DNA of 64,000 nt from Octopus sinensis (Eukaryota), in contig NC_043003.1 of NCBI RefSeq assembly GCF_006345805.1, positions 84,010,001-84,074,000 on the forward strand, in the 5' to 3' direction. This document shows, in pieces, positions 1 through 12,700 of this stretch. Position numbers and translations under genes: made by a program. Position 1 is the first letter of the stretch. Each line of letters opens with the position of its first letter. Below the pieces are notes generated by a model that was not told where the DNA came from, made no database searches, and saw nothing but the letters and a program-made list of their open reading frames with translations.

Positions 1-235
1 ACTGCAAACCTGCATCTGAGTACAAAAAACTGCATACCTGTATGAAAGTGCAGCATATTGCACACCTGCATGTAAGTGTAACACAGTGTACTGTTGGTCA
101 ATATACAAGGCTGAACTGTTCAGTTGCACAAGAGTTTAAGATTAATAAGCAGAGTAAAAGAAATGGAATTCTTAAGACCAACTTTTAGAAATTAAAAAAA
201 AAAAAGATGGTTATGATTTAACAACTAGGCAGATT

Positions 236-460
236 TTAATCCTTTAGCAATCAGATTACTGTTAAAATGTAATGCTTATTTATTCACACCATTTCGAATT
301 AATCATGCATTATCTTGTAGCTTTGAGATTTTGAGGATGTGACTATTTTTTTAGAAAGACATTGCCGAGTAGGTGTGAAAGGCAGGATCCGGTTGCTTTG
401 AACATAAAGCAGGTAGAATATTTCGGTCTGATATGGCTGGTTTAAATACTAAAGGATTAA
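236..460. mobile_element. piggyBac-type MITE copy 1
   Basis: TTAA at both ends, degenerate CCCTTTAGCA/TGCTAAAGGG termini; homologous to 1141 and 3182. Confidence 0.7.
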
Positions 461-797
461 ATATATCCAAGCCAGGTGCAGTCTTCTGGCTTGCCAGTTC
501 CTGTCAAATGGTCTGACTTATGCTGGCATGGAAAACAGACATTAAATGATGATGATTATGATGATTTCTGTGATGGGATTGGAAGAAATTTTTAGAGCTT
601 AGATATGATCCTTTATGTCCCGAATTCAAATTCTGTTGTTTAGCTTTGCTGTTTGTCCTTCCAAGATCAATAAACTACAATACCAATCAAGCACTGAAGG
701 GATGGTGGAATCAATATAACCGACTTAACCTTATTCCCTCAAATTGAGACCTTTTGTCTATATTAGAAATAGTTATTATGAAGATAATAGTTTGAAC

Positions 798-1120
798 CAA
801 TGATTCTCAATCAGAGCCCATATGACCCCTGGGTGTCCATGCAAGCAAAAAGTAAACTGCCCCCCCCCCCCCACAGTAGTATATTAAAGCTCCATGGAAA
901 CATTCTGCTTTAAATGTATTTATTAAATGAAACGGCTAGATTTCTTTCTCGACAGTTTCACCATAGTTCAACCCATAGAAGTTAATGTAAAAAACAAAAT
1001 AAGAATTTTGAAAGAATTATCCATAAAACTATTTTTTAAACACTGAAAGGTTATGGAGACCCACCAGAATAGAATAGTGGTCAAAGGAGATCCATAGATA
1101 AAAAATGGTTGAGAACCATG
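798..1120. mobile_element. hAT-type MITE (CAGTGGTTCTCAAC-like ends)
   Basis: caatgattctcaatc...ggttgagaaccatg; homologous to 50577-50812. Confidence 0.55.
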
Positions 1121-1140
1121 AGTTTAGCCTGTTTAGTGGC

Positions 1141-1369
1141 TTAACCCTTTAGTGTTCACATTATTCTGCCAGAACTAATGCTTTTTTATACACATCGTTT
1201 TGAACTAATCATGCATTATCTTGTAGCTATGAGATTTTGATGAGGTAGCTGTTAATTTTTAAAACGATATTGTAGGGTTGGTGTGAGAGACCAGATCTGG
1301 CCAGTTTGAACATAAAACAGGCAGAATACTTTTGGCCGGATATGGCCGGTTTAAATGCTAAAGGGTTAA
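1141..1369. mobile_element. piggyBac-type MITE copy 2
   Basis: ttaaccctttt...tgctaaagggttaa termini; same internal sequence as copies 1 and 3. Confidence 0.75.
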
Positions 1370-1549
1370 GGCAGCATGTGTCCGACTGACAAAGTACTAG
1401 CCCCGTCCATCAAACAAAATGTTGGATCCTTTCTGTTCTCTTTATTAATGAATAAAGGAAATAAAATTTGCATCCATATAATTCTTCTGTCTTTGCCATG
1501 GTGTTTGACAAGTTTAAAAATAATTTAAAACCTTTTAATTTTATAAAAC

Positions 1550-1910
1550 ATAGTTGCCGGTATAGCTGTGTGGTTAAGAAGCTTGTTTTGCAACAAGGTG
1601 GTTGTGGGTTCAGTCCCACCTCGTGGTACTTTGGGTGAGTGTCTTCTACTACAGCCATGGCTGACCAATGCCTTGTGAGTTAATTTGGTAGATGGAAACT
1701 GTGTGGAAACCTGTTGTGTGTGTGTGTGCCTTCACACCATTGCCTGACAACCAGTGTTGGTTTGTTTACATTCCTGTAAAGCAGTTTGGCAAAAGAAACC
1801 AACAAAATAGGTACCAAACTTAAAAAAAAACCCCAAAAAACAAGTACTAGGTTCAATTTGTTCACGTAAGTCTTTTAGAATTGACGCTGTCCAATGACTG
1901 AAACAAGTAA
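1550..1910 (+). mobile_element. SINE family B, diverged
   Basis: Same head and tail blocks. Confidence 0.75.
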
Positions 1911-2142
1911 ATAGATGTAAAACATGATACCAATTTGTTCACCTTTCGCAATCTTTATAGCTTCCTCCAAGAGAGGGCTGCCTCCCATGAGATACACTGG
2001 TTTAAGGGTTAAAGAGATTGCTGCAAGTTGTTTATAAATAAAGCTTACTAAGGTGAATCTTAGGACAATGGACATATTCTATAAAAAAGACATCCTATGA
2101 CTATTAGAGACTGAACCATTCAAAATATTGAATAAATAAATA

Positions 2143-2147
<5 letters not shown>

Positions 2148-2220
<73 letters not shown>
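2148..2220. repeat. (TA)n(CA)n microsatellite
   Basis: Direct reading; similar (TA)n tracts at 8882-8940, 13926-13974, 37050-37085, 46723-46772 and many other sites. Confidence 0.95.
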
Positions 2221-2740
2221 TCTGAAAATAACTTTTGTAGGTTGAAAAAAAAAAAATGTTTTTCTGATAGCTAGTGGTAGCATTCATATATTTTGGTGGT
2301 CACATCTGTTTTTTCCCATGACTTTTCCCAACTTTTATACATCCTGGTTACAGCTATTAATCTTAGCTTTGAACAAAGTATGTATGCTGTCATTCACAGT
2401 TTCCTCATCCCTCATCTCTCTCTCTCTCTATATATATATATATGTATGTATACACACACACATACACACATCTATCTATATAAGGTCACATGTGATATAC
2501 TAGGAATCACAGGCAAATTATCTATAAACTAAGAGAGAAACAGGGTGAAAAGGATAGAAAACAGATTCCTTTTTAAATACAAGACCCTTTGTAAGTATGC
2601 TTAGTGTCTCAAACTGACAATTTCAGTACCCCACCCTCAACAAGGCTTTATAAAATTATTTAACCCTTGTCACCACTTCCTTAATGATTTCTGATTTAAG
2701 TACAAGTCCAGCAATTTTGAAGAGAGGGACTAGTTGATAC

Positions 2741-2972
2741 TTATTTCTTTATTACCCACAAGGGGCTAAACATAGAGGGGACAAACATGGATAGACATAG
2801 GTATTAAGTCGATTATATCGATCCCAGTGCTTAACTGGTACTTAATTTATCGACCCCGAAAGGATGAAAGGCATAGTCGACCTCGGTGGAATTTGAACTC
2901 ACAACGTAATGGCAGCCGAAATACCGCTAAGCATTTCGCCCGACGTGCTAACGATTCTGCTAGCTCGCCGCC
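2741..2972 (-). mobile_element. tRNA-derived SINE family A, full length, nested in an older family A' copy (about 2699-3115)
   Basis: Pol III A-box/B-box head (TGGCAG..GTTAG; GTTCAAATTCC), central ctttcatcctttcggggtcgataaa domain, perfect 10-bp TSD tagttgatac. Confidence 0.9.
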
Positions 2973-3181
2973 TAGTTGATACCATGGACCTGAATACTTG
3001 ACTGGTACTTTATTTCATTGATGCCAAAAATATGAAAAGCCAAGTTGATCTTCATAGGATTGTAACTCAGAAAGTAAAGAGCAGGAAGAAAATCCACATG
3101 GCATTTTATTAATTAGAAACCAATGAGTGTTTGTATTTTTATAATATTTCTTTATTATGATACAGGACAAGATTGAAATTG

Positions 3182-3412
3182 TTAACCTTTTAGCATTCAG
3201 ATTACTCAGTCAAATGTAAAGCTTATTTATTTACATTTTTTTGAATTAATCCTGCATTATCTCATAGCTTGGCAATTTTGAAGATATAACAATTGTATAT
3301 TTTTAGAGTAATACTCTTGGGTAGGTATGAGAGACTGAATCTGGATGGTTTTAACATAAAACAGGTACAATATTTGGGCCAGATATGGCCAGTTTAAATG
3401 CTAAAGGGTTAA
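3182..3412. mobile_element. piggyBac-type MITE copy 3
   Basis: ttaaccttttagca...tgctaaagggttaa termini. Confidence 0.75.
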
Positions 3413-4327
3413 AACCATATTTTATTAAGTAAGGCAAATTCTGTCCCTTTAAGGTAACACTCCAGAAAAATCATCTGGCTAATTGATAATACTTCATTCA
3501 CCTATATACTGCAACTGTCACAACAGATATCATTGCTTTGGTGTCAATATATTATTTTTACATGATTTTGTGGAGGAATTGTAGTACCATGACCCTTTTT
3601 AGGGGCTTCTAAAATTGGTGGGAGGAAAGGAGAATGTTACCCTTAGTGAAATCACCTAGTCTGAATGCATGCAACAAAATAAATACTACTAAAGGGCTGT
3701 GTAGTGGTGATATTAATCTAGGTGGCAGACTGAATATAAATGGCCTTGATTCCTCTGAATTAGTAAGTTGCATACTTGCTCCATCCAGGAAATACTTGCT
3801 GTATCTATCTTGTCTCTTATACCATGTCACCCTTCTAGCTTAAGCCTCACTCTAACAACAAAACCCAATCCTTCCCACCCAGGTCATCAACACTGTATAA
3901 TATTCCTTCTCTATTCATGTTGACTTGCAGCTAATTAAAGGAGCCTCAACTGTTTTAGAAATAGCAGCTAGATTAACTTCAAATCATATCATAACATCTG
4001 AAATAAGACCTACAGGATATTGTAGTCTGAAAGTAAACTACAATTGTGACCCAAAAGTGAATATGACTTGGTAATATGTACCATGCTTACACTAATTGTT
4101 TTAGGTGCCTATTTCTGTGAATAAACATAGAAACCATCTTGCCCTCCTCACCCTTGAACTAGCAGAATATTCAGAAAGTGAGAGGGAGCTGCACAGCACT
4201 GGGCAGGTACTCATTACAGCTGAGTGGCCTGGAGCATCATTAAATGCCCTAGTCAAGGGCACAACATGATACCTGCTCTAGGAATTGAACTTAAGGCTTT
4301 ATAACCACGAACCTCATAAATCTAAAC

Positions 4328-4615
4328 CAGTGGCCCCTAAACTTTTTCAAGATGCTACCCCCTTGGTAGTCAGGTCACATTCCTAGTGCTTCGCCCCACT
4401 CACCACCACAACATAGACTACTTACTGCAGCAAATTCAAAGCAGTATTTCACAAATAAAACTTTACCTATTTAATCCATTATTTTGGGGTTTTTAAAAGA
4501 TCCTTTGCTCACTTTTAGCCACTTTGTCATTGCCCGACTTTTCTTCAATGTGCCCTTGGATCTTTCAACCACCCCCAGGGGGGTCGTCGTTACTGCTCAC
4601 TGCTGGGAATCACTG
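4328..4615. mobile_element. hAT-type MITE nested in a SINE
   Basis: cagtg...cactg ends, TSD atctaaac/ttctaaac (7/8). A related 3' half occurs at about 50160-50312. Confidence 0.7.
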
Positions 4616-4808
4616 TTCTAAACACTAGAACACATGCTCTCACCATGATGTAGTTCTATATACCCCTAAAATGACAAGAAAGACACAACTGGTATGCCTT
4701 TAATTATAGATAAAGACCCCAAACTTGATAGGCAATGTAGAAGCAGAGTATGATTCGATCCTACAAGCTCAATTATTCATTTGTTTATTAACTCAGTATT
4801 TTGGTGTT

Positions 4809-5450
4809 CCTTAAACGTAACTTCTACCCCTTCTTTGCTAGTTCCTGAATGTACCTCATTCAGTTCTTAAAAATACAGCTTGTGCATCAATTCTTAAAAC
4901 GAATCCCATTAATCGGGTTTTAAAATGTACTCCTTCATAAGTTTTTTAAACCGTACCCAATTAATTCACTCTCAAAATGTAACTCTTTAATCAGTTTTTA
5001 AAATGTGACAATCTTAACCAATTCCTAAAATGGAACCCCTCCCTTAATCAGTTGCGAAACTGTATCCATTTTACTTAGTTCTTAAGTGGAACTCTTTCAT
5101 TAGTTGAGTGTACCCTCTCCTTTTTTGTTCGTTTTTCAACGTGCACGCTCTTTCTTTAGTTTTTAATGAACACCACTATCTTTCGTTAGTTCTTACACGT
5201 TTCTTTCACCTTTCGTTCATTCTTAAATACACTGTCTACCTTTCATTCGTTACAATATCCCCTTTGCTAGTCGTTAAAACAACTCCTTCGTCAGTTCTTA
5301 CAAATATTCCCTTTCTTACCTCTTGCAGTATTCACTTTGTTCTTAAATGTAATTCTCTCCTAATTCAGCCTTAAACGTACCCCTATCTTTCGTTCTAAAA
5401 TACACCCCATTTTTTTGTTTTTAATTATGCTCCTCTTCATTAGTTCTTAT
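4809..5450. repeat. Highly degenerate ~25-bp minisatellite (cagttcttaaaatgtactcctttaat-like)
   Basis: Recurring agttcttaaa / gtac(c/t)c motifs at roughly regular spacing. Confidence 0.6.
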
Positions 5451-5583
5451 AAGATTGATGCAGCTGGTGCTCATCCTGAATATCTGCAAACATCAGTCTG
5501 CAGGAAGGATGAGGGTGAAGATCTAGTCCGAATATCTGCAGCCGTGTGAACCCTGATAAAGGTGCGATAAAATGTAGTTCTCG

Positions 5584-5619
<36 letters not shown>

Positions 5620-5669
5620 ATACAAGAACGAACATAAAATCTTAATACCATGGAACATTGAGCTACCTC

Positions 5670-5841
5670 TCACAGACATTTAGACGTCAAAGGACTTCCT
5701 GTTACGAGATCACGACTATAAAATATCTTGTTTAGTTCGTCGTTTTCCGCTGCACGATATCTTGTTAAAGTCGTGGTTTCTACTTCACTGGAAATCGAAA
5801 CTGGACCACCAGGAAAACGGACTCTCGTGTTCTCTTGTTCT
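5670..5841 (-). CDS. Candidate terminal coding exon (EQENTRVRFPGGPVSISSEVETTTLTRYRAAENDELNKIFYSRDLVTGSPLTSKCL*)
   Basis: atatttag acceptor followed by 56 open codons of balanced composition and TGA; same strand as the PLP-like exon. No family motif recognised. Confidence 0.25.
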
Positions 5842-7109
5842 CTAAATATTCAGTGTAGTAGTAGTAATGTATTGGTTCACATACATCTCGTGTATTTAAA
5901 CTTGAGAGATACTTGAAGTTAGCGGTGGTGGTATGGTGGTGTGCGTGCGTGCGTGATGTGGTGAGGGAATGATCAAGCAACGACCATATTTAGAACATTT
6001 TTCTTTTTTTCTTTTTACTATTAAAAATTTTTTTCCCCTTTATTTTTGTTCCAAAAGCAGGATGGGGAAACAATTATTACTAATTTGGAAAGGCTTACAA
6101 ATGTCCGTGACCCGAACATTTTTGAGCAATGTAAGAAAATGGTAAATGGGGAATTAAATTAGCGGAAAACAATTGTTACTCTCTCTCTCTCTCTCTCCCT
6201 ATCTCTCTCTATCTCTCTCACACACACACACATTCACATACACACACACAGTATATGTCTGCGTTTCTTGGAATTAGCAAAAGGCCAAGTTTGTTAGGAA
6301 AGAGTATAAACGAGTGAATTGATCACAATGTGTGTGCGCGCGCGCGCGCGTGCACGTTTGTGTGTGTGCGTGTGCTTGTGTGCTTGTGTGTGTATGTGCG
6401 TGCGTGTTTGTGTATGTATGTATGTGGTAGTGCATGACAGATAAGGGACAGAAAAGTCATTTATTTTAGTTTTTGAATGTGGATTTGTACAGACACTTCT
6501 CGTTCGCAAATTTTGTCTTGGGAAAATATGTGCACATTCATGGGAGTAACCGTTGCTCAGTTTCTCAAAAGTTCGATTCCACCTTGAAAACCTTATGTGT
6601 ACATCTTTATTTTACCTTTTCTTGTTCGTAAAATATGTGCACACACACAAGCGTGCAAGTTTGCAGGAACACTAGTCATAAGAAAAGTGTTGTGGTATAT
6701 TGCAGAAACTAATTGACGTTTAGTTGCGTCTTGTGAACTGAGTTTCGCTTTTCAAAATGGGTGTTAAACTTAATTTTGTCTTTCACTTTAGCCATCACCG
6801 CCGAGCCCTTGAATATCTTTAACGGAATTTACTTTGCTATAAGCTTCCAGATCAGGTCTCTGGTTGTGGTTTGCTTTCAAAATATTTATTCGGGGTCAAT
6901 GAAATATGTATCATTTACGTAGTACAGCAGTCGATTAAACAACCTGTTACAAACCTGCCCCCAGATCTATGCTATAATTAAAAACAGGTGCTTTGGGACA
7001 AATGCATACGTCATTAAGTTATTAGGAGATCAGGGAGACATTTCAAGTTAAGCTGTTACTTCTCCGCATTGAGAGATCACAGCCTAGAGAATTACGAATA
7101 CGTGATTAA

Positions 7110-7320
7110 AATGTTGCAGACGAGAATCGTAAGATGAGCTAACCGGAAGAACACCTAGGGGTAGACCACGGACGAGATGGTCAGATAATATACATATTCT
7201 CAGTTGATCACAATTGGAATTCCAGTAGGAAAGTGCAATGACGGTTGCTTCTGATAGGACCCGATGGAAGCGTTGCTCGAGGGTTCTACTCCAATGATCC
7301 TCACAAGAATTTGAGGGTGG
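7110..7320 (+). mobile_element. Degenerate 3' fragment of an RTE-like LINE
   Basis: GRTPRGRPRTRWSDNI (7145-7192) followed by ASDRTRWKR, with stops/frameshift. Confidence 0.65.
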
Positions 7321-8188
7321 AAAAGGTGGATAGACAGATTAAGATACGGACAGTTTCAGCGTATTGGACATTGAAAATAAAGGTAGTAATGTATCAATGA
7401 CCAAGCATTAGATGTACAAGGAAAGATTTTGATACTTAACGACGTATGTGATTGTCATAAAATCGTGTCTCAAAAATGTGTTTTATAGCTGTTAAGCTTT
7501 AAACAAAGAATCAGTTGTTTTTGTATCAACAAATGATCTAAGATCAAATTCTTTTGCCAAACAAGTTCAACTAAAGAATTTTTATTTCATTGATAGCAAA
7601 CACAAACAAGAACCCCCCCCCCACCTGAACAGGAACTGAAGGCTGAAATATTCTTAAATTTAATTAAACAAACATGCCAACAAATGAATGTATTTCACAT
7701 GTAGAATACACGGTGAGCACCTTATATAGTTGACGAGTTATTTCCTCTCGTGTTGGGTTGGTTTCACAACAGAAGTACGGACTTATATACATAAAATATA
7801 CTGTACAAATAATATAATACATACACACACACACACACAGAGGCATACATATATAATACATACGTATATACTCACTCGCCGACACACCTACAAAACATCG
7901 TCCGTAAAAACAACTCAGCTGCCAAAAGATCTATGTGCGTGTATGCACATACATAGACGTATATATACAATTATACACTGACATGAACAGACATACAATC
8001 AAACAATCACATATATACACAAGAAAATGGAGACGCTCCTAGTGAGGTTTGCACAAAACCCATAGAATACTTTATCAGAACAGATCAAACAATCAATCGA
8101 TATTTTTGATGATCGAACTTAGAAGCGAGGTTCACTCAGCTTTCCTCCCTCGCTATCTTTAAAACAGTCTCACACACCTAAATACGTA

Positions 8189-8740
8189 CATACATAAACA
8201 TGCATATACATATATATATACATACATAAACATGCATATACATATATATATATACATACATAAACATGCATATACATATATATATATACACATACATAAA
8301 CATGCATATACATATATATATATACACATACATAAACATGCATATACATATATATATATACATACATAAACATGCATATACATATATATATACATAAACA
8401 TGCATATACATATATATATATACATACATAAACATGCATATACATATATATATATATACATACATAAACATGCATATACATACATACATAAACATGCATA
8501 TACATACATATATACATACATACATAAACATGCATATACATATATATATATATACATACATAAACATGCATATACATACATACATAAACATGCATATACA
8601 TACATATATACATACATAAACATGCATATACATATATACATACATAAACATGCATATACATATATATACACACACACATGCATAAACGTATACGCACATA
8701 TATACACACGCATACATACATGCGTACATAGACACATACA
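8189..8740. repeat. Compound minisatellite, about 15 units of CATACATAAACATGCATATACA(TA)n
   Basis: Direct reading; source of the spurious ORFs at 8159-8826. Confidence 0.95.
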
Positions 8741-8878
8741 AAAAAGATGGAGAGGACCTCTACATCAGTATCATCCCTAACACCATAAGGCCTTCTTTCT
8801 CCAACACTTATCCCACAAACAAACATTACATTCTACTATTGATTGCTTTTATCAGAAGATACCTCGATTTTTTTAACG

Positions 8879-8945
<67 letters not shown>

Positions 8946-10149
8946 TACTTCTCTGCTATTGATTAATATCTTTATGATAAGAAGATTCTGGAGAAAAAAT
9001 AATAAACCTAAGACGTTTATGGTAAGAGGCACTTTGTAGCAGGAATGTGTGAGATTGTACTTGGCTATTTTGTAGTGTGTGTGTGGGGAGTAGTAGCGCG
9101 TACTTTATGTGCGTGTGAACTCTTAAACTGCTTTCACTTCAAAAAATCTTGGTCTAATAAATACATTTGCCTGTAAATATAGAATCAAACTTTCTAATGT
9201 GTGCGTAAAAACAAACAGAAACGAATTTATGCACGTACACTCTCACTTAACTGCGTATCTACACGCACATTACAGGCGCACAGAAGATCAATGGGAGAGA
9301 GATGGGCGACAGAGAAAGTCTGCTGTGCACAAGGTACATACCTAAGAGAGAGAAAGAGCGAGAGAGAGGGAGAGGGAATAGTTGAGATCAAGGTTCGATC
9401 GATAAATACATCGATGCGTATTATATAAAAATGAGCCAACAAAACTGACAAAACCGAAACATACACACATTGTTCGATATTTTGTTTCCCCAACACATTC
9501 GTCCAGAAGCTTATATTTCAAAATCTTTTATTGACTTGGTCAAAAGATAAAGGTCAACCACTATGACCATTTTTCAGAGCCCCCATAGCTTGGTGGGAAG
9601 AAGGTAGAAAGTTATTCTCGAACCAGAAACCAGACCCTGGGTGCATTTAGTAGACCTGGGCCCCTCCAAAAGACACCCGAGGACCACCAAGTGATGGTGT
9701 TAAGCCGGGAGACTAAATCTGCAACCCCAAAACATGAACGGTTCTTCTGTCGAGCTTTCAGCTAGTTTTCCTTTACCAAATTTCATTCACAAGATTTTAG
9801 TCTGATGTGGGAGGAGAAAAAACAAAACAAAAAAACCGCAAAAATATGTCTAAACTTCTGCACAGTGAGATTGCTCCTGAAATCACGCAGTTGCAAAGTG
9901 AACTTTTTAACTATACAGCCATGCCTGCTACAAGAACGACAGAAGATCCGTCAATAACAATTCTATTACTCATTGTTTTTTCCCCTTCCATATTATGGTA
10001 ATTTGAAGACTATAACACGGTATAAATCTGAGGAAGGCCACGATGTTGTTAATGTTGATGATTATAATAATAATAATAATGGCAGTGGTAGTAGGAATGA
10101 TGTAGTGGTTGATTTAAAGAAGCCTAAGTACCTCTCCCACTAATTACAG

Positions 10150-10530
10150 ATGTCAATAAAGGAGCCACTTTGCGGTCGTTCAGCTCGCTAGAAAGAACAA
10201 CAAAATCCTCTTAAAAAAGAACACGATAATTTCCCATACGTTGTTAGACAATTTTGGGATTGTTATAACTTCACAAAAGAACTATGCCTTGTATAATGTA
10301 CTTCTATTATGCCAGAATAAAAGGCGTATTGACCACGAGCCAAAGAAAGAGCCTTCTCGTACTCTTACTAGAAATAGCGACCAAAATCCTTTAAATCATA
10401 CCTTGTTGCTTTAAATAAAAAAAGATACATTGAACAATGTAATCCATGACATAAAGGCAGAGATGGTCACGGATGGATGGCTTGTGATCTCAAGTATGCT
10501 TTACTCAGGGTTAAACAGCAACCAACAATG
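10150..10530 (+). repeat. Interspersed repeat family E (agaaatagcagccaaatc...ggatggtcacggctgg...(AAC)n)
   Basis: Recurs at about 19090-19215, 25935-26130 (-), 26640-26730, 42735-42920 and 44540-44720. Confidence 0.55.
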
Positions 10531-12666
10531 TGCAGACTTATCTGTAAATCTACTTACGTAAATGCCTCAGAGAAACTTCAGGTCGCTTGGTTCTTCACAC
10601 AAATGATTTTAGAAGAACACACAAATGAGTAACTTAGTTCAATTTTTTTACTGAAGTTTAGAGTAAGATAGACTTTATTATTGCTCGGTTGAATTATGAG
10701 GAATTGATCATTCACCTTGTTTCTATTTGGTTGACGTTTTTGAGCAACCGAAAAAACTAAATCTTTAGTTACAAGAAAAGAATACAAACATAAATTCATC
10801 GATTCTTTGAAACATTCCACGAGCAAGCCGAAAAACCGGAAGAGGAAGTTCTGTTCATAAAAGGAAAATGTTATGTTTGCGAAATTCTTGCTGGTGAATA
10901 CCAAATACTTCCTACATTTACAAAAAATGAAGCTTTGTAGTAGTTGATTGTACTTGGAAAATAATTTCAGCTGATATTTTCAGGAATTTAGTGATGAAAA
11001 TTTGAATGTAAGGTGGAACCTACTTAAATCGTCAGTTGAGAATGTTCTTGTTAATTGTCAAGATAAAATTTCTAGAGTTGGTTTGGATCTGGAGAGAAAT
11101 CAATATAAGAATTTTGTCCATTGATTTGCCATTTCTACCGAAAATTTAAAAAAAGAGCTATACGTGAATTGTTTCCAAGAGCCATTTGCCTAAGATGTCC
11201 AATCGAGGCTTGCCGTTCAAGCTAATCAAGTAAAATTAAGAAAACGTGTCACTCTCACTGTTCAGTAGGCTTTATTGAAAGTCTAAGTTTGTTTATTAAG
11301 CATAAGAGGAAAAGAAAACGAACATTGAGAAACTTCTATTCCAGGAGTGTTGCTGGTAATTAAGACAAGAACAGGAGAGAATACCACCGTCAGATTGAGA
11401 TGACTTTATTGACGAAATCGTCTCAATAGGTAATTACCATCTCCGTCAGACCTTTCAAAAGTAACTTCTGAATAAACCAAATTATCTATCGAGAAGTCAA
11501 CTTTATCTTCCATCCTTCCGAGGTCGATAAGATAAAGCACACGTCGAGAACAGAGATATAATTGTCTTATATTGGTGTCACTTAGGTTTCTTTAAGCTTG
11601 AGACTACGAATCTTTTTTGTGTAGGCAACAGCTAAACCGTAGGATTCTTAGTGTGAAAAATCGACCCCGGCTGCTTTTGTCTTTAGCATTGAAAGACGTC
11701 ATGATGGAACAGTTTTACATGTCCTTTCATTAGCGGAATATGAGAAGAGTCTGTTAAAGTGCCTGACTCGAATCTGTATTAGTAGCTATATTTATTTGAA
11801 TAGCTGGGTATAGAGACGAGGCAAAATGTGAATCTGAGAAAAAGCTGTTGATATTACGTCGATAGAAAGTACAACAGAAAACTGTATGTTCACATACGTA
11901 CGAAGTGTGTAAAAATCTAACGTTTCGAATCTTACTGTTTGTCCCAGATCGACAAATGGCTAGACAGGGAGACGAGTAGTTGCTGCCAGATAGGCAGACG
12001 GAAAGACAAAGACGGACACATATACAGATATTCAAACAGACAAACAGACGGATAGATAGATTTAGATTAATATGGTGGGAAAATTGTTGAATGCCATAGC
12101 TGACCTTTTCAAATATATTGACCTCATATCAGTGGACCAGCCTTGTGTGGAGTGACTAACCCAGTTGTTTGTCTAAATATTTTCCTTGTCATCGTCATCG
12201 TTGTTGTCAGTGAGGTTATTTTCAGCATTAAAAAGTGAAAAATAATGAAATGAGGATGAATACTTTCTATTCCGAGTTATTCAAATTACTGCTGTTGGGA
12301 ACGATATTAAATTCCTGTGATTCTATATAATGATTATAATGTTCGCTGATTTCAGATAATGGGTTGCGGCCATGCTGGGGCCTCGCCTTGATGAGTTTTA
12401 ATCAATTATATTCATCTTAGTATCAAGCTATTCGATAAATAGAGATCGACAAACTATTCTCGCCTGTGATTTATGTCACATTAGGGCTTTACCCATATAA
12501 ATAAATACAACTGTGCACGCGCATTTGCACACACACACACACACACACACGAAATACACGACGGGTTTCTCTTGTTTGCCAATGTATTATTCCAGCTGAA
12601 GCATGATAGAAATACTGCGGAGCACTGGGATTGAAACCGGAATCACCTGGTTTCGAACAATGAGTA

Positions 12667-12700
<34 letters not shown>

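Noticed and set aside
1-77. + strand exon ending at CAT|gtaagt
   Set aside because: Truncated by the window edge, unrecognised peptide, no supported partner exon.
1875-2078. Exon-like ORF ...KPVYLMGGSPLLEEAIKIAKGE
   Set aside because: Plausible splice sites exist on both strands, but no family was recognised and it does not fit the PLP model; unsupported.
3604-3660. GLLKLVGGKENV resembling the bacterial PTS EIIB motif
   Set aside because: Only 18 codons before a stop and no downstream HCxTRLR motif; coincidence.
8189-8740. Repeat-spacer pattern resembling a CRISPR array
   Set aside because: The spacers are only variable (TA)n/(CATA)n, the DNA is eukaryotic and there are no cas genes.
8159-8826. 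Longest ORFs in the track (126-218 aa)
   Set aside because: Translations of the CATA/TA minisatellite, open in several frames; not genes.
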